Origin: the human T2T-CHM13v2.0 reference genome, Homo sapiens
Direction: 5' to 3' (one strand)
DNA: 64,000 nucleotides
Assembly (NCBI RefSeq): GCF_009914755.1
Contig: NC_060926.1
A model generated the notes under the pieces. That model saw only the letters and a program-made list of their open reading frames with translations. It was not told the DNA's origin and did no database searches. Within the stretch, counting starts at the first letter, position 1. The number at the start of each line of letters is the position of its first letter. Shown here in pieces: positions 29,640-50,990 of this stretch. Made by a program: the position numbers and the translations under genes.

Positions 29640-30864
29640 TCATCTCATTGAGACTGGTTAGACAGTGGGTACAGCCCATGGAGGGCGAGCAGAAGCAGGA
29701 TGGGGTGTCGCCTCACCCGGGAAACACAAGGGGTCAAGAAACTCCCTCCCCTAGCCAAGGGAAGCCATGAGGGACTGTGTCGTGAGGAATGGTGCACTCC
29801 AGCCTAGATACTATACTTTTCCCATGGTCTTCACAATCCACAGACCAGGAGATTCCCTCGGGTACCTATGTCACCAGGGCCCTGGGTTTCAAGCACAAAA
29901 CTGGGCAGCCATCTGGGCAGACACTGAGCTAGCTGCAGGAGTACTTTTTTTTTCCTACCCCAGTGGCTCCTGGAACACCAGTGAGACAAAACCGTTCACT
30001 CCCCTGGAAAGGTGGCTGCAACCAGGGAGCCAAGTGGTCTAGCTCAGCAGATCCCACCCCCACGGAGCCCAGCAAACTAAGATCCACTGGCTTGAAATTC
30101 TCACTACCAGCACAGCAGTCTGAAGTCGACCTGGGACACTGAAGCTTGGTGGGGGGAGGGGCGTCCACCATTACTGAGGCTTGAGTAGGCGGTTTTCCCC
30201 TCACAGTGTAAACAAAGCCGCCAGGAAGTTTGGATTGGACGGAGCCCACCGCAGCACTGCAAAGCCACTATAACCAGACAGCCTCTCTAGATTCCTCCTC
30301 TCTGTGCAGGGCATTTCTGAAAGAAAAGCAGCAGCCTCAGTAAGGAGCTTATAGATAAAACTCCCATCTCCCTGGGACAGAGCACCTGGGGGAAGGGGCA
30401 GCTGTGGGTGCAGCTTCAGCAGACTTAAATGTTCCTGCCTGCCGGCTCTGAAGAGAGCAGTGGATCTCCCAGCACAGCACTTGAGCTCTGTTAAAGGACA
30501 GGCTGCCTCCTCAAGTGGGTGCCTCCTGACAGAGAGACACCTCCCAGCAGGGATCAACAGACACCTCATATAGGAGAACTCCGGCTGGCATCTGGCAGGT
30601 GACCCTCTGGGAAGAAGCTTCCAGATGAAGGAACAGGCAGACATCTTTGCTGTTCCACAGCCTCCATTGGTGATACCCAGGCAAATGGTCTGGAGTGGAC
30701 CTCCAGCAAACTCCAGCAGACCCACAGCAGAGGGGTCTGACTGTTAGAAGGAAAACTAACAAACAGAAAGGAATAGCATCAACATCAACAAAAAGGATGT
30801 CCACACAGAAACCCCATCCAAAGGTCACCAACATCAAAGACCAAAGGTAGATAAATCCACGAAG

Positions 30865-31884
30865 ATGAGGAAAAACCAGCACAAAAAGGCTAAAAATTCC
30901 AAAAACCAGAATGCCTCTTCTCCTCCAAAGGATCACAACTTCTCACTAGCGAGGGAACAGAACTGGACAGAGAATGAGTTTGACGAATTGACAGAAGTAG
31001 GTTCCAGAAGGTGGGTAATAACAAACTCCTCTGAGCTAAAGAAGCATGTTCTAACCCAATGCAAGGAAGCTAAGAAACTTGAAAAAAGGTTAGATGAATT
31101 GCTAACTAGAATAACCAGTTTACAGAAGAACATAAATGACCTGATGGAGCTGAAAAATACAGCAAGAGAATTTTGTGAAGCATACACAAGTATCAATAGC
31201 CAAATAGATCAAGCAGAAGAAAGGATATAAGAGACTGAAGACCAACTTAATGAAATAAAGCATGAAGACAAGATTAGAGAAAAAAGAATGAAAAGGAATG
31301 AACAACGCCTCCAAAAAATATGGGACTATGTGAAAAGACCAAACCTGTTTGATTGGTGTACTTGAAAGTGACGGGGAGAATGGAAACAAGTTGGAAAACA
31401 CTTTTTAGGATATTATCCGGGAGAACTTCCCCAACCTAGCAAGACAGGCCAACATAATTCAGAAAATACAGAGAACACCACAAAGATACTCCTCGAGAAG
31501 AGCAACCCCAAGACACATAATCATCAGATTCACCACAATTGAAATGAAGGAAAAATGTTAAGGGCAGCCAGAGAGAAAGGTCGGGTTACCCACAAAAGGA
31601 AGCCCATCAGACTAACGGCAGATCTCTCTGCAGAAACCCTACAAGCCAGAAGAGAGTGGAGGCCAATATTCAACATTCTGAAACAAAAGAATTTTCAACC
31701 CAGAATTTCATATCCAGCCAACCTAAGTTTCGTAAGTGAAGGAGAAATAAAATCCTTTACAGACAAGCAAATGCTAAGAGATTTTGTTACCACCAGGCCT
31801 GCCTTACAAGAGCTCCTGAAGGAAGCACTAAATATGGAAAGGAAAAACCAGTACCAGCCACTGCAAAAACATACCAAATTGTAA
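30865..31884 (+). pseudogene. L1 ORF1p remnant (disrupted)
   Basis: Starts MRKNQHKK with coiled-coil sequence and has a premature stop at 31228-31230. The C-terminal piece ...RLTADLSAETLQARREW...ALQELLKEAL lies at 31555-31884. Confidence 0.92.
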
Positions 31885-31947
31885 AGACAATTGACACTAT
31901 GAAAAAACTGTATCAACTAACGGGCAAAATAACCAGCTAGCATCATA

Positions 31948-35780
<3,833 letters not shown>

Positions 35781-36037
35781 ACACAGGAACAAAAAACCAA
35801 ACACCACATGTTCTCACTCATAAGTGGGAGCTCAACAATGAGAACACATGGACATAGGGAGAGGAACATCACACACTGGGGCCTGTCAGGTGGTGGGGAG
35901 CTAGGGGAGGCATAGCATTAGGAGAAATACGTAATGTAGATAACAGGTTGATGGGTGCAGAAAACCACCATGGCATGTGTATACCTATGTAACAAACCTG
36001 CACGTTCTGCACATGTGTCCCAGAACTTAAAGTATAA

Positions 36038-36072
36038 TAGAAAGAAAAAGAAAGAAAGAAAGAAAGAAAGAG

Positions 36073-36127
<55 letters not shown>

Positions 36128-36166
36128 AAAGAAAGAAGGAAGGAAGGAAAGAAGGAAAGGCAAGCA
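36038..36166. repeat. (GAAA)n/(GGAA)n microsatellite derived from the L1 tail
   Basis: About 125 bp of nearly pure purine tetranucleotide repeat directly after the L1 3' end. Confidence 0.95.
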
Positions 36167-36422
36167 AGCTCGATTCCATGTTAGTTCTCATTTTTCACTT
36201 CAATCCTAGTAGATATATTGTTTTAAGGTATAAAATCTTGATTAAGACATTTATCAAACTTCTATTAGTTCACCCTAAGAGATCACTCAGCTTTAAGCAG
36301 CCCAAAATGTTTTTCAGCCTTTCTTTTAAGCTTGTCTTCACTGAACTTTTCTCGAGGCAATAGAAGGAACTTAATACATTTGAAGACACTTGAACACATA
36401 AATAAAAAGGTAATTTGCATTC

Positions 36423-36448
36423 TGTGTGTGTGTGTGTGTGTGTGTGTG
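36423..36448. repeat. (TG)13 microsatellite
   Basis: Read directly from the sequence. Confidence 0.95.
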
Positions 36449-36821
36449 TTTTTTAATTTTCAACACAAAGACTCTATTTTTTTGATACGATTCTAATGCT
36501 TTTCTGTTCAGCACATTTTTGGCTGCATGAGTAGCAGTGAACTCTGGATGACATCTGAAAATTCTCATCCTGGGGAAAGGCTGGCTTCAGACTCAGGAGG
36601 GAGTGGGGGCAGCAGAATGCAGGGGGCAAACATGCTAAACTGGGTATTGAGCACCAAAATGGGGCAAGTGTAGCTCCGGTTGTCCCTCTGGGACTCACTG
36701 CCTCATCTGCCAGTGACTCGGGGGCTTTCTGGTCACAGTCGGCATCTTCTTCATGAAGGAAAATGCTTAAGTAACAGCTATAAATGTTAAATAACAGTGG
36801 CTGAGCTGCAGAAATACTTAC

Positions 36822-36953
36822 GGATCTCACAGTTTGCTCCCACCCAACCATGCGGGCAGTGGCAGTTATAACCATTGGGCTGGTCCAGGCAGCTCCCACC
36901 ATGGTGGCAGGGGTTACTGTCACATTCATTTATGTCAATGTCGCACTCTTCAC
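36822..36953 (-). CDS. DNER: DNER coding exon (probably exon 11): last, calcium-binding EGF repeat
   Basis: Acceptor is ctccctag|GT and donor is ATCC|gtaagt. The 132-nt, phase 1-1 exon encodes (G)EECDIDINECDSNPCHHGGSCLDQPNGYNCHCPHGWVGANCEI(H), with the cbEGF DINEC and CxDxxxxYxC signatures. Confidence 0.97.
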
Positions 36954-37147
36954 CTAGGGAGATAAGAAAAAGCAGTGGTGAAACCGCTGCACCCATGGTT
37001 CCTGTCATTTTTCTGGCCAAAAAATAAAGATCCAAGGCTAGGGGTCATAACCTTTAGCAATAGAGCCCAACCTGCTGTTTGTATAAAGTGCAGAACTCTC
37101 AGAAAATTCCAGACGAGGGATCTTTTACTTCAGTAAAACTAAAAAGG

Positions 37148-37150
<3 letters not shown>

Positions 37151-37194
<44 letters not shown>
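37151..37194. repeat. (TA)22 microsatellite
   Basis: Read directly from the sequence; uninterrupted. Confidence 0.97.
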
Positions 37195-37195
<1 letters not shown>

Positions 37196-39381
37196 CACTG
37201 GTAAAAAGAATCTTTCCTTTAGTGTACTTAACTAGTTAACTAGCTTCATTTAGCTAGTTAAGTGAGGTTGATTCCCATGTCTGAATAAATCTTTCCGGGT
37301 TGATCAGAAAAAGTGAAGTCGGGATCTTGATATTATTAAAGAAGTCTATTTTATTTTGGATTTCATCAGCTGCATCTCGTTATTTTTCTGAAACTCCAGA
37401 AAGCTGAAAACTCACAGTTCGTGATTATTCTGTAGCCAAGTATTTGAGTATGTGAGAGTGGACATTTGACTCTTCTCTGGATAGTTCTAGGACATAGCTG
37501 TGCACCCAGCCTGAGGCAATTTGGAGAGGTTACTCCACTTCCCAAATCCCTGGATGTGATTCTGCTTGAAGCTGGGGGACCTGAAATGCTCAGGAAGAGC
37601 ATCAGGCCCACCTAAGGAGAGAACTTGTGAAGTCTGGGGTTAGTCTAAACCTGACCTAATCTCTTCTGAGAAATGGTGGTCCAAGGGAAGCTGTCTGTCA
37701 TTCTCCCATAAGGAAGAATGTGATCTTCAGCTCCTGACCCTGGCTAGACCCAACTTTTCAGGACACCTTTGCGTGCTTCAGAGAGAACCTGATAGAAATT
37801 ACAAACCAGGGTCCAGAGCCAATGTCACGGTGATTCAAACACCACCTTAGAACAAAGCCATCTTCAAGTGATTTTAAAGCCATCATTAAGAGTCATTACA
37901 AAACGCATACACCTCTTAAATTTAAAGGCATCTCATTAAAGCTGAAGAGAAGAGGATATTTCAAATTGAGGCACTCCCTCTGTCAAAAGTTTGAAAACGA
38001 GAAAAAGAAATTTTCAAAATAAGCCCTCCTTTGCTTAGATAAATGCAGAAAGTGATGAGAACAAAACTCCTAGCATGGCTATGGTCATGGACTAAAGCAT
38101 ATGGACAAAATCAGATATTTTTGTCCATTTTCAAAAGCAATGTTTCAGTGTACACTCAAGTGATTACTTCTGGGCTCATTTAATTAGCATTAAATTGCTT
38201 TTCTATCTGCTATTGGTTTACCTTACGTTTATAAAACCACTTTATGTCACTCAGGCCATTTTAGAGGAGGAATCTCACACTAATATATTCCATGTCTGTT
38301 TCATCTCACACTGTTTCTATACCTGGCATCTTACTATTTTATTTTTAAATAAAATCTGTTGAACAAAACATTTACAACTTCTAGATCCTACTAGGTTGAT
38401 TATAATTCAGTAATATATACGTGAATTTGTTTCCTGCAACAAATATTGTCACTTACATCAATAGAAAAAAACATGAAATTGATTGCCTATTTCAAAGGCT
38501 GTCTTTCCATTAATGGGGCAATCACTCTTAGTAGAAATAGTCATAGATTAAACTATTACAAATGGCATTACATGGCAGACTGGTTGAAGGGACATATGAT
38601 CAGGAACATGCTGAGAAATGTTAAAAGGATGAAATCAAAGACCTTAACAAGTATATATGTCAGTACTAATTTCCAACCATCTAGGAAGATAAGTGTAATT
38701 GGAGATATTTACTAAACAATAGCTTTCTTTAGCTGGCAATCTGAACACTGCAAATTCTGAAATGAGATGCTCTGTAACCTTTACAAGAATAGCTACAGAA
38801 ACAGCCCACATTTCCCTACTGCTATGGTCTGGCAAAACTCAAAAGCCTCACTCTGCTTCACGAAGTCCAATGTCAATGACATATGCTTTTCATTTCCTAA
38901 ACTCTATGCAGTCCCAGGGCTATCAGTTCAGTCCATCCAGGCCTGCTCCAGTCCAGAGCTTCTCCAAAAAGGCAAATGCCACATTCAGGAGCCAGGGCAG
39001 CCCCCATGCACGTATTAAATCACTTGGATCACTAAGGGGCTCTAACATAGTCAGGGGAAGCCCAAGGTCCCTAGAATTGTCTGTTCTTGGGATCCACTAG
39101 ATTGGACGGATTTGGTAAGAATGGAGATGGTGGGGAAAAAAATAGGATGACCTCTTTCTGTAGACATTTATCAAATACAGTATCTAAAATCCAACTAGGG
39201 CCAAACCTATCTCATTCTGGTTTTCATCACCATAACATTCTTACAGTTACACTGGGGATTAAATGACGCAAATTAATGAAATAAACCCTATGCCAGTCAG
39301 GGCCCCACTTAGCTGACAGCTATTTCTGCAACATATGTGCTCTGGCAGAACCCTGGAGTGATGCACAGTTCTCAGATACCT

Positions 39382-39518
39382 TTAGGTTTATTCTAATGGC
39401 CTCTTTTATAGATGGACACTCCTATGCATCTAGTTGAATCAGTTATTCCTTGGGTTTATTGTAATGGCCTCTTTTATAGACAAACCCTCCTACGCATCTA
39501 GTTGAATCAGTTATTCCT
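39382..39518. repeat. 68-bp tandem duplication (2 copies)
   Basis: ggtttatt.taatggcctcttttataga...gcatctagttgaatcagttattcct is repeated at an offset of 68. Confidence 0.92.
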
Positions 39519-40083
39519 CAACTGGCTCTCAGTTTGAGGCCTTTGCTGTGTTCTATGCTGGCTGGCAATAGGAGCATGAGGTGACTCAAATGATGGAGCC
39601 CCTCAAGGGAGTTTTCAACCAGAAGACACCCAAGGATGACTGTTGTTCTCTGCCTTACAGTGATCATGCTTTTTGCTATCAGTCTTACGCAAAGTGTTTG
39701 AAGATGCACTATGAATTATAGAAAAGTTTGGCTTCATTTACGTTTCCCCATATTAACGGCATTATGTTTGTATATGCATTTCAACACCACAACATTCCAT
39801 TCTCAATCAATATTCGTTTTAACTTATTTTATTATAAGAGTTCTTAGTATACAGTATTATCTTTCTTTGCTAATAGTTAACTAATAAATCTTTAAGCTTT
39901 TGCTGCCCTGAGCCAATTGACCTTTTAGTTGGCTCACTTACTCTTTTTAAATTTGAGTTCAAAAAAAACAATTATTCTTAAACCACTGTTCTTGAATAAC
40001 ATCTATTGAGAAAATACAAAATGAAATTTCTACTTGACTAAGGCTAGCAATCAAGGTCTGAACTTTAAATCTTTTATAATTCT

Positions 40084-40417
<334 letters not shown>

Positions 40418-41703
40418 TGAGGCAATATGTAAGTACAGTGGGTATCACATTTGGTAGTACTTATGTAGATTTACAAGCATACTGATTCTGCTTGCTTTCC
40501 TTGGGTAAATTAAGAAATGCAAAAAGACAAAACCATCCAAAGTCACCGCTGTTAGTAAATCCTTGGGTTAACAGAGTCCCCACTAAAAGATATTGATGAC
40601 AATTACTATAATCATAATATCTAGTATTAAATATATGCCTCCTACATGCCAGGCACTGATTGGGTGCTTTGACTATAAATCTTTCATATACTTCACTAAG
40701 AGTTTATTCAAGATAAAGTGAGTTTTAAAAATTATTTCTAACTTTTTTTTATCATGATGGAATAACTGGCACCTGTCTTGCCTTCCCACTGTAAACAACT
40801 AGACAACTAGATGAAATATATGAAAAAAAAAAAAAACTATGAAGACATTGGACAACAGGAAGTCCATGACTGTGATTGCTGCAAGAAGGGAAATAAAACA
40901 GCTGAGCACCACAATCATTCTGGCTTTCTTCCTGGAATTAATTTAGAACACAGTGGTTTCACTGGCTTGAGGAGACAAAGATCAGAGTGTGTGGAGGCCA
41001 AGGTAGCTGTAATTTGTAGGAAAGACCACAACACAAGATAGAACCACTCAGAAATTGAGCACCAGAAATCTGCTGCATCCCGTAGGCTGTTGCTGAAGAC
41101 GTGTGTGTGTGTAACTTGAAGCTTGGCAAACAAAATGACAGATGAGCAGTTCCCAAACTCACAGAGGACTGAGAAATATTCAGATTTGCACTGCCAGAGT
41201 GGAACTATTTAATGGATTACCCAGTACAGTCAGTGAAGCCACAAAAGATCACACCTTAGTAATGGGGCACAACTATCCCTAGAGTAAGGCTACTCTACAT
41301 TCACCTCCCCAAAATGTACAACAAACCTTGAAAGGATTAATTAGGTCAGCAAGTTACTTACCTGACACAAAAAAAGTCCATTACTTTTTTTAAAAAAGAC
41401 AATAAAATCCAATCACTCAACAACTTAATCCACAATGACCATCATTCAAACAAAAATTATTAGACATGCAACAAAGTAGGCTCACGTGACCCATAACTGC
41501 ATGAAAATCAGTCAAAAGACACAAATTCAGAAACAATGGATGAGAGCTAGCAGACAAAAAATGTGTTCAAAATGTGAAATAAAATATAAAAAACAATGAA
41601 CAGAAACATGGAAAATAAAAAACAAGCCCAATGGAACTTTTAGATATGAAAAATACAATATCTGAAATTGTTTTTAGAACCCAATGGTCTTAATAGTAGA
41701 CTA

Positions 41704-42000
41704 GTGACTCACACCTGTAATCCCAGCACTCTGGGAGTCTGAGGCGGGCTGATCACCTGAGGTCAGGAGTTCGAGACTAGCCTGGGCAACATGGCGAAAC
41801 CCCGTCTCTACTAAAAATACAAAAATTAGCCAGGTGTGATGGCACATGCCTATAATCCCAACTACTCAGGAGGCTGAGGCAAGAGAATCTTGAACTAGGG
41901 ATGCAGAGGTTGCAGTGAGCTGAGATCACGCCACTGTACTCCAGCCTGGGTGACAGAGTGAGACTCCGTCTCAAAAAAAATAAAAATAAAAATAAAAAAA
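41704..42000 (+). mobile_element. Alu (AluS-like)
   Basis: Dimeric Alu with TSD aatagtagactag / aatagtagattag. Confidence 0.95.
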
Positions 42001-42112
42001 TAGTAGATTAGACACTGCAGAAGAAAATATTAGTAAAGTTGAAAACAGAACAATAGAAGCTTGACAAACTGAAACTCAGAAAGAAAAAAGACTTTTTAAA
42101 AAACTAAGTAGA

Positions 42113-42428
42113 AGCTGAGCACAGTGGCTCACACCTGTAATCCCAGCACTTTGGGAGGCTGAGGTGGGTGGATCACGAGGTCAGGAGATCGAGACCATCC
42201 TGGCTAACACGGTGAAACCCCGTCTCTACTAAAAATACAAAAAATTAGCCAGGCGTGGTGGCGGGCGCCTGTAGTCCCAGCTACTTAGGAGGCTGAGGCA
42301 GGAGAATGGCGTGAACCTGGGAGTTGGAGCTTGCAGTGAGCCGGGTTCATGCCACTGCACTCCAGCCTGGGCAACAGAGCGAGACTCCGTCTCAAAACAA
42401 AAACAAAAACAAAAACAAAAACAAAAAC
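42113..42428 (+). mobile_element. Alu (AluY-like) with (caaaaa)n tail
   Basis: Contains gaccatcctggctaacacggtg and ggagaatggcgtgaacc. TSD aaaaactaagtaga / aaaaactaagcaga. Confidence 0.95.
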
Positions 42429-42640
42429 TAAGCAGAGACTCTGACCCATTGGACAATTTTAAGCAGTCTAACATAGATGTACTCAGAATCCTAGAGAAAG
42501 GATATGAGGCCAAAAATAATATTTAATAAATTAATGGCTAAAAATTTCCAAGTTTGATGAAAACTGTAACCACAGATTCAAGATGTGCAACAAACCCCAA
42601 GCAGGATAAACACAAGAAAACCACACACACACACATCATA

Positions 42641-45571
<2,931 letters not shown>

Positions 45572-45638
45572 AACAGATACATCACAATCAATTTGCTAAA
45601 ACCTAGTAATAAAGGAAAACTTCTAAAAACAGCCAGAG

Positions 45639-48600
45639 TGAGAGTTCTGCTTTTGGAAAGATGGAGCAGATATATTTTCCCTATCCCTCCCACCAAGTAC
45701 AAGTAAAAACCCTAGACATTGTACATAAAATAAACATAAGAAAATTCCAAGAAGTTGAGAGAAAGAGACAGACTGGCTAGTAATCTCAGGACCCAAGGAA
45801 CAACATGATTGTGAGCTCTCTGAGTTTTCTTTTGACCTCATATATTCCAGATTAGGTGCTGGAGAAGGCAGCAACCCGGAAATGTCAAAAGATGCAGAAA
45901 ACAAAACTCCCACGAAAGCCTGTTCTCTGTAACCAAAGAACCAAGATAGGGGCAGCCTAACAAGACAAAAAATTATAGCTAATAACTGCTCCACTCCAGC
46001 CAAACACTACAAAAAAAAAAAAAAAACTGCAAGTCCCCTCACCCATGCCACCAAAGGCCGAGTGGAGAGCATGGACTTCCACCCTCCAAAGCACCTCAGC
46101 CACCAAACAATAACAGAATGCACAATCTTTTCAAGTACTCACAAAACATATACCAATATAAACCATATTCTGGGCTATGAAACAACCTCAACAAATTTAG
46201 GAGAGTTGAAATCGTAGAGTGTTCTCTCACCGTAATTAAATCAAACTAGATATCTATGATAAAAAGTAACAGGAAAACCTCAAAACACTTGAAAAATAAA
46301 CAACATGCTCATAAGTAATCTATGGATCAAAGAGGAAATCTAAAGGGACATTAAAAATAAAAATTAAATTGACTGAAAATGAAAATACAACATAAACTTT
46401 GTGAGATACAGCCAAAGCAGTACTGAGGGGGAAATTTATAGCACTAAAATGCATGCATTAGCTGTGAGAAAAAGCCTATATCAATACTCTAAGATCTTAC
46501 CCAAAAAACCTAGAAAGAAATAACAAAAGCAAATTAAGCCCAAAGCAAAAAGAAGAAAATCATAGACATAAGAGAAGAAATCAATGAAACTGAAAACAAA
46601 AACAATAGAGAAAATGAATGCAACAAAAAGCTATTTATTAAAAAGATTAACAAAATTGACAAAACTCTAGCAAGATTGACAAAGGAAAAAAGAGAAAGAC
46701 ACAAATTAGCCATATCATAAATAAAGCAGAAAATATCACCAAAGACTGCAGATGTCAAAAGGATAACAGAAATACTATATTACAACTCCACAGGTAAATT
46801 TAACAACTTAAAAAATGCACTACTTCCTCAAAAAAAAATCACAACTCATCAAATATAAAATAGATGATTTAAATACTTTTATAACTATTGAGACTTTAAA
46901 CTTTAAAACTCCCCAAAAAGAAATCTCAGGTCCAAATGCTTTCACTGGTAAATTCTATCAACTATTTAAAGAAGAATTAATAGCAAATTGATACAATCGG
47001 TTGCAGAAAACGGAATACAAAAGAACACTTCGCAACTTATTCCAAGAAGCTAGTTTTACTTCAATACCAAAACTAGACAAATACATAATAACTTTTTTAA
47101 AAAGAGAAACAAAACTATTTTGTGTCTACGTTCATATTAAATACTTGTTTCTCACAAAACACAAAATTGTTTTCTTTCTTTTTTAAAACAACAACTTGAG
47201 AAACAACTTGTTTCTCATGACTATAGATACAAAAATTCTGAACAAAATATTAGGAAATAGAATTTAGCAAAGTATTATATAAAATGAGTTATACACTATG
47301 ACCAGGTGGTATATTCCAGGCATGCAAGACTAATTCAATATTTGAAAATCAACCAAGCATATTAACAAGCCAAAGAAAAAAATCACATGATCATATCAAT
47401 CCATTGACAAAATTCAATACCAATTTATGGTTAAAGTTATCAGCAAACTAGGAATAGAGAGGAACTTCCTCAATTTGATAAACAGCATCTAAAAAAAAAC
47501 ACTACAGCTGACATTATCATTAATGGTGAAAGACTGAATGCTTTTCCCCTAATGTTGAAAACAAAGCAAAGATGTCTGCTCTTACTGAACCTAGTGTTAG
47601 AAGTTCTGGCTAGTGAGACAAGACAAAAAATAAAATTTATACCTATCAGAAAGGAAGAAATAAAACTGCCGCTCTTTTCAGATGGCATCATTATTTATGT
47701 AGAAAATCCCAAGAAATCTACAAAAAAAAAAAATCCTAAAACTAGTAAGTTCAGCAAGGTCACAGGATACAATTTAAACATACAAAAATCAATTATATTT
47801 CTATATACTAGCAAGAACAATTCTATTTACAATCACTAAAAATACACCATACACACACACACACACACATGCATATATACATACCTACTTGGATACTTGG
47901 ATATACATGTACAGGGAAAAAATGTTGATGAAAGAAATCAAAGATCTAAATAAGTGGAGAGTCACACTGTGTTCATGAATTGGAAAACTCCAAATAGTAA
48001 AGATATTGATTCTTCCCCAAATTGATATACTGGTTTATTGTAATTCCTCAGCAAAATCTTTTGTAGGTATAGACAAGATTATTGTAAAATTTATATGAAA
48101 AGGCTAAGGATCTAGAATAGTTATAACAGTTTTGGAAAAAAAATAAGGTGGTAGGAATTATTCTGCCCAATTTCAATAGTTATTATGAAACTACAGTTGT
48201 TATGACATAATAAAGGTAGAGGAATAGACACATAATCAATGAAAAAGAAGAGCCCAAAATAGACCCACATAATATGGCCAGCTGATTTTTGACGAAAGTT
48301 CAAAAGCAATTCAATGAAGAAAAGATAGCCCTTTCAGCTAATGATGCTTGAAAAATTATACTTACATAAGCAAATGTAAATAAAAGAGCCTCCTCTAGTT
48401 AGAAGATTCAGGAAAGAATGCAAACTGTGAGAAAAGATTCTAACTATATTACAACTGTATGGAACAACCTCACAAAGGGGTCTGGGGGGGAGCTGACCTA
48501 AGTGACTTTGGAAATGGGTAGGATTGATAAGACTAAATGCAAAATAAGTGGTACATAAACACAATACTCTAGTTCATAAAGTTGTTTTCCACAAGGGTAT

Positions 48601-50381
48601 AAGTTAACAATTCTGATACTGCTATACCTGGATACTGAAATTGAACAATTAAGTAAATAAATGATGGATGATGAAAGGCAGTATTTGGTTGTTGGTGTGA
48701 AGGGTTTACAAATAAGCAAGGGGAGAAGGCTAGAACCATTCATGCTGTAACAAACTAGAGTTGGAGACATCACTGTGAATTCATGTTTAGCTTAATATAG
48801 ACAAAGATAACTACATCATGCAATATTTATGGATAAGCACATGTCCATGGGTTAGTATACACATGCACTTCCTCACTTTGTCAGCTGAGAGGACCTAAAA
48901 GCAATGATATCCCAGTAAAAACAAGCACAGCTTAGCACCCAAATCTTGTTTTTAATACTATTCTCCAATTAAAAAAACCAGAGATCCTTAGAGAAATGAA
49001 TGACTCTAGAACTGGAGCAGGAAATACACAAGATGAGGCTGAAGCATCTTGCAGTGCCAGAACGTATATATGTTTTAAAAAACAAAACAAAAAATTAGCC
49101 ACAAAACAAAAAATTAACCACATTAATGGGGATGTGGCAAAGAGGTAATAGGAGCCAACTGAAAGAACTCCCAATGGCCAAAGTATTGGATTATAACCTA
49201 AAGTATAAAATAAATATCCATGAACCCATAAATAAATGATTAAATAAATACACAAATGGAGGAGAATAAACAAATCTTTCATCCAGAAGAATTCCAAATA
49301 ATTCATGTAGCTACTTTACCCTTAAAGAGCAAGAGCATAACTCCCTTCTTGATAAGTGTGGACTACACAACACTTTCTTTGGAAGGAAGTCACTTCCTCC
49401 CAAATTGTTAAGTATGGAAAGGGAGAGAAGGAGTAACATTATAGTAGAGAAACTTGACAAACACTACCTCAGCTAAGTGATCAACATCAACGTCAATGAT
49501 CATAAATCTCATTGACAGTATGTAGCCTTGATGTGATGTGATAGGATTAGAAAATGGACAAAAGACAGAAAGAAACATTTCTTCACAGGATATGCAGATA
49601 TCAAATAAGCACAGGAAAAGATGCTAAACATCATTTATCATTAGGGGAATTCAAACTGAAACCCCAATGAGCTATCATTTTACCCCTATCAGAATGGCCC
49701 AAATAAAAAATAGTGATAACACCAAATGCTGGCAAGGATGTAGAGAAACTGAATCACTCAGACATCGTTGGTGGGGAATATAAAATGCATAAGCCACTCT
49801 GGAAACATTTTGGCTCTTTTTATAAAACTAAGCATGCAACTACCATATGACCCAGCAATTGAATTTCTGGGCAATTGTCCCGGAAAAATGAAAATTTATG
49901 TTCACACATAAACCTATATATGACAGTTTACACCACCTTTTTTATAATAGCTGAAAACTGAAAACAATCCAGATTCCTTTCAACAGGGGACTGGTTAAAC
50001 AAACTCTGGGACATCCATACTTTGGAATACTGCTCAGCAATAAAAAGGGAGAAATTATTGACCCAAAATAACCTGGATGCATCTCCAAAGAATCACGCTG
50101 AGTAGAAAAAAAAATCAATCTCAAAAGGCTACACACTATATGATTCCATTTATGCAATATTCTTGAAATTACAAAAATGCAAAATACACTAGTGGTTTCC
50201 AGGAATTAAAGACAGTTGTGGCGCAAGGGAAAAGGGTAACCAGTATCCTGGTTATGAAATTGTACTGTAGTTTTACAATATGTTATCATTGGAGGAAACT
50301 GGGTGAAGCTTACATTGGATCTCTCTCTATTACTACTTGCAACTGCAGGTAAAGCTTCAATAATCTCAAACTAAAATTTTG
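45639..50381 (+). mobile_element. Internally deleted L1MC/MD-like element with 5' end, ORF2 remnants and 3' end
   Basis: ORF2 RT-like remnant LPLFSDGIIIYVENPK at 47552-47839. The element is flanked by aaaaacagccagag (45625-45638) and aaaaactagccagag (50382-50396). Confidence 0.75.
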
Positions 50382-50399
50382 AAAAACTAGCCAGAGAAA

Positions 50400-50990
50400 A
50401 ATAGACCCATATATAATCAATTGTTTTCTAACAAATGTAGCAATGAAATCCAATGGGGAAAAGACTGTATTTTCAATAAGATGCTGGACTAACTGGATGT
50501 TTACATGGGAAAAATATTTTCCATCCTTAAGTCACACCGTAAACAAAAATTAACTCAAAACAGACTCTACACCTAAACTTAAAAGCAGACCTATTTTAAA
50601 AACACTTTAGAAGAAAACATCGGATAAAATTTCACCATCTTGAAGTAGACAAAGATTTCTTACAATACCAGAAAAGCACAAACCATAAAAGAAAAAAAAT
50701 TGATAAATTAGACCAATTACCAAAATTGAAAACTTTACTCCCCAAAAGATACCATTAAAAAAATGCATGGATGAGCAAAATGTATACCTGACAAAGAACT
50801 TGTATCCAGAATATGTAAAGAATTCTTTGAAATCAATAGTATGACAAACAACCAAAATTTTTTAAATGGGCAGATTATTTGAAAAGATAATTCACAAGTA
50901 AAGACATATGAAGAGCAAATAACCACATGAAAGATGCTGAGCATCAAAGAAATTCAATGAAAATGTCAATGAAATTAAAGCACTGATGGT
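50400..50990 (+). mobile_element. Old L1M ORF2 3' fragment
   Basis: Contains aaaattaactcaaaa, agaagaaaacat and acttgtatccagaatatgtaaagaa. Confidence 0.75.

Larger units (their letters stand above)
40750..42640 (+). mobile_element. Old L1M 5'/ORF1 region interrupted by two Alus
   Basis: ORF1-like motifs include gattagacactgcagaagaaaatattagtaaagttgaa and aatggctaaaaatttccaagtttgatgaaa. Confidence 0.7.

Noticed and set aside
30201-30936. 141-174 aa minus-strand ORFs
   Set aside because: These are generic antisense frames of the L1 5'UTR. Only the ORF0-like frame at 30171-29929 has recognisable homology.
35918-36209. Lys/Glu/Arg-rich and Phe/Leu/Ser-rich ORFs
   Set aside because: They are translations of the (GAAA)n microsatellite.
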